From Oculina patagonica (Eukaryota), in NCBI RefSeq assembly GCF_052425735.1, contig NC_135768.1:16244001-16308000 (forward strand): a DNA stretch of 64,000 bases, read 5' to 3'. Both the position numbers and the translations under genes were made by a program. The notes beneath the pieces are model-generated. The model had not been told where the DNA came from, did no database searches, and saw only the letters and a program-made list of their open reading frames with translations. Below, piece by piece: positions 62,858 through 64,000 of the stretch; the stretch's first letter is position 1; every line of letters begins with the position of its first letter.

Positions 62858-64000
62858 GTAAGCTATATGTATTTTATGTTGGTTGTGTGGTGGAATTATG
62901 ACAGTCATGTAGCGCACGGTACAGGTTCGAGCCCTGGCCGGGCGTCATTTTGCTGTGTTCTTGGGCAAGACACTTTATTTTCACAGTTCCAATCTTTTCT
63001 CAATAGTATAAACGTGTACCAGCGATTTTCATTTTCGTTGATTTTTCCGCGTTCCGGTGGAAGAATTTTGGTCGCCCCACCCTCCTCCCCTGGTGCCGGT
63101 TGACAGTGCTGATGTATATACCCTTGATGCCACAGTAGTCGCGGACTCCTCCTATAACTTAAACTACCGTGATTTGGTTATAGGGTATGCAGTGACGATA
63201 AATTACTATATTTTCCCTAACTATGATGGTAAGTAATATACAAAAAGAGATTTTTTCCATGAAGGTGCGCACATTTTTAAAAAGAAACTAAAATTTCGCA
63301 TAACGATCACCTTCAAACTGATGCGTCTGCCTGTAGTGGCTGAATATCAAGCCCACTTTGTTGGCATTAAAAACAGTTCAAAAGAATATTTATTTTTTCC
63401 AAGACCTCTTGAGGGGAGGGAGGACGTAACAGATAGAGGGAGGAGAGGGGTGGTATTTTAAAACCATGCACCAGTGTGGCCGGCGAACAACTTAAAAAGG
63501 GTTACGTTATTTTGTTTCCTGTTCATGATATACCATCTAAGGAGGGTGGAGGCTTAAGGTCATTGCCCTGAGAAAGAACTCAACATACTAGATTCTCAAC
63601 CAAAATTTGCCCACTTGTACTTGTTGATAACCTCAAGGGAACTTGAATTTTGAAATGAAAAAGTGGGGTCCCCATATTGTATATACCACATAATTCCTTT
63701 ATAATTCCCTGGCAAAGTACACATTTCCAGTGATTATTCATTTTTCAAACATTGATCTGTTTTCGTTTTACAGAAAGAAATTAATCGCTAAACTCAAAAT
63801 ATGAGAAAAAATCAATACGTCACCATAAACGCGTTTACGAGAAAGAGGCGATTTATTTTTCTCCCAGACTAAGCCGCATAGAAAAAAGCCGCCACTTTGT
63901 TTGTGTACGCGCGCTAGTTACGCGAAAAAATTCTGCGCAGTAAGGATGCGCAATGCAATGCAGGGCAATGACCTTAATAGAGAGATAGGCCAGGGCTGGA

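Noticed and set aside
62858-64000. Pore exon of gene B
   Set aside because: No TTxG-type exon found. The acceptor-like site near 63773 meets a stop within six codons, so the exon presumably lies beyond the window.

Overview
Eukaryotic, intron-rich, AT-rich genomic DNA with four N gaps. The repeat types and the single-exon melanocortin/adenosine-like GPCRs suggest an anthozoan (stony coral), which is inference only. Manual splicing (GT-AG sites, phases checked) gives five loci. (1) A partial minus-strand pentraxin + LamG-like gene (<1-5326). (2) A minus-strand 160-aa ankyrin-repeat protein ending in a RHIM-like motif (12782-21126), with a kappaB/GAS/IRF/ETS motif cluster in intron 1. (3) The main find, gene A (22755-37418, 17 coding exons, 1281 aa): signal peptide - LamG - Ser/Thr mucin stalk - TSP1 - SEA (GSVIV autoproteolysis motif) - 2xFN3 - solute-binding lobe S1 - M1 - K+ pore loop TTVGYGD - inner helix - S2 - M4 - cytosolic tail. 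This is a GluR0/AvGluR1-type glutamate-receptor-like channel with a K+ selectivity filter, fused to an adhesion/mucin-type ectodomain. (4) Gene B, a tandem paralog (40056 to beyond the window end) with two LamG domains and matching intron phases; its pore exons are not in the window. (5) A single-exon class A GPCR and a frameshifted duplicate, both nested in one intron of gene B. Introns carry many MITEs, SINEs, a CR1/L2-type LINE 3' end and a decayed Penelope fragment, often nested. The pore exons and the RHIM-like exon are absent from the supplied ORF track.
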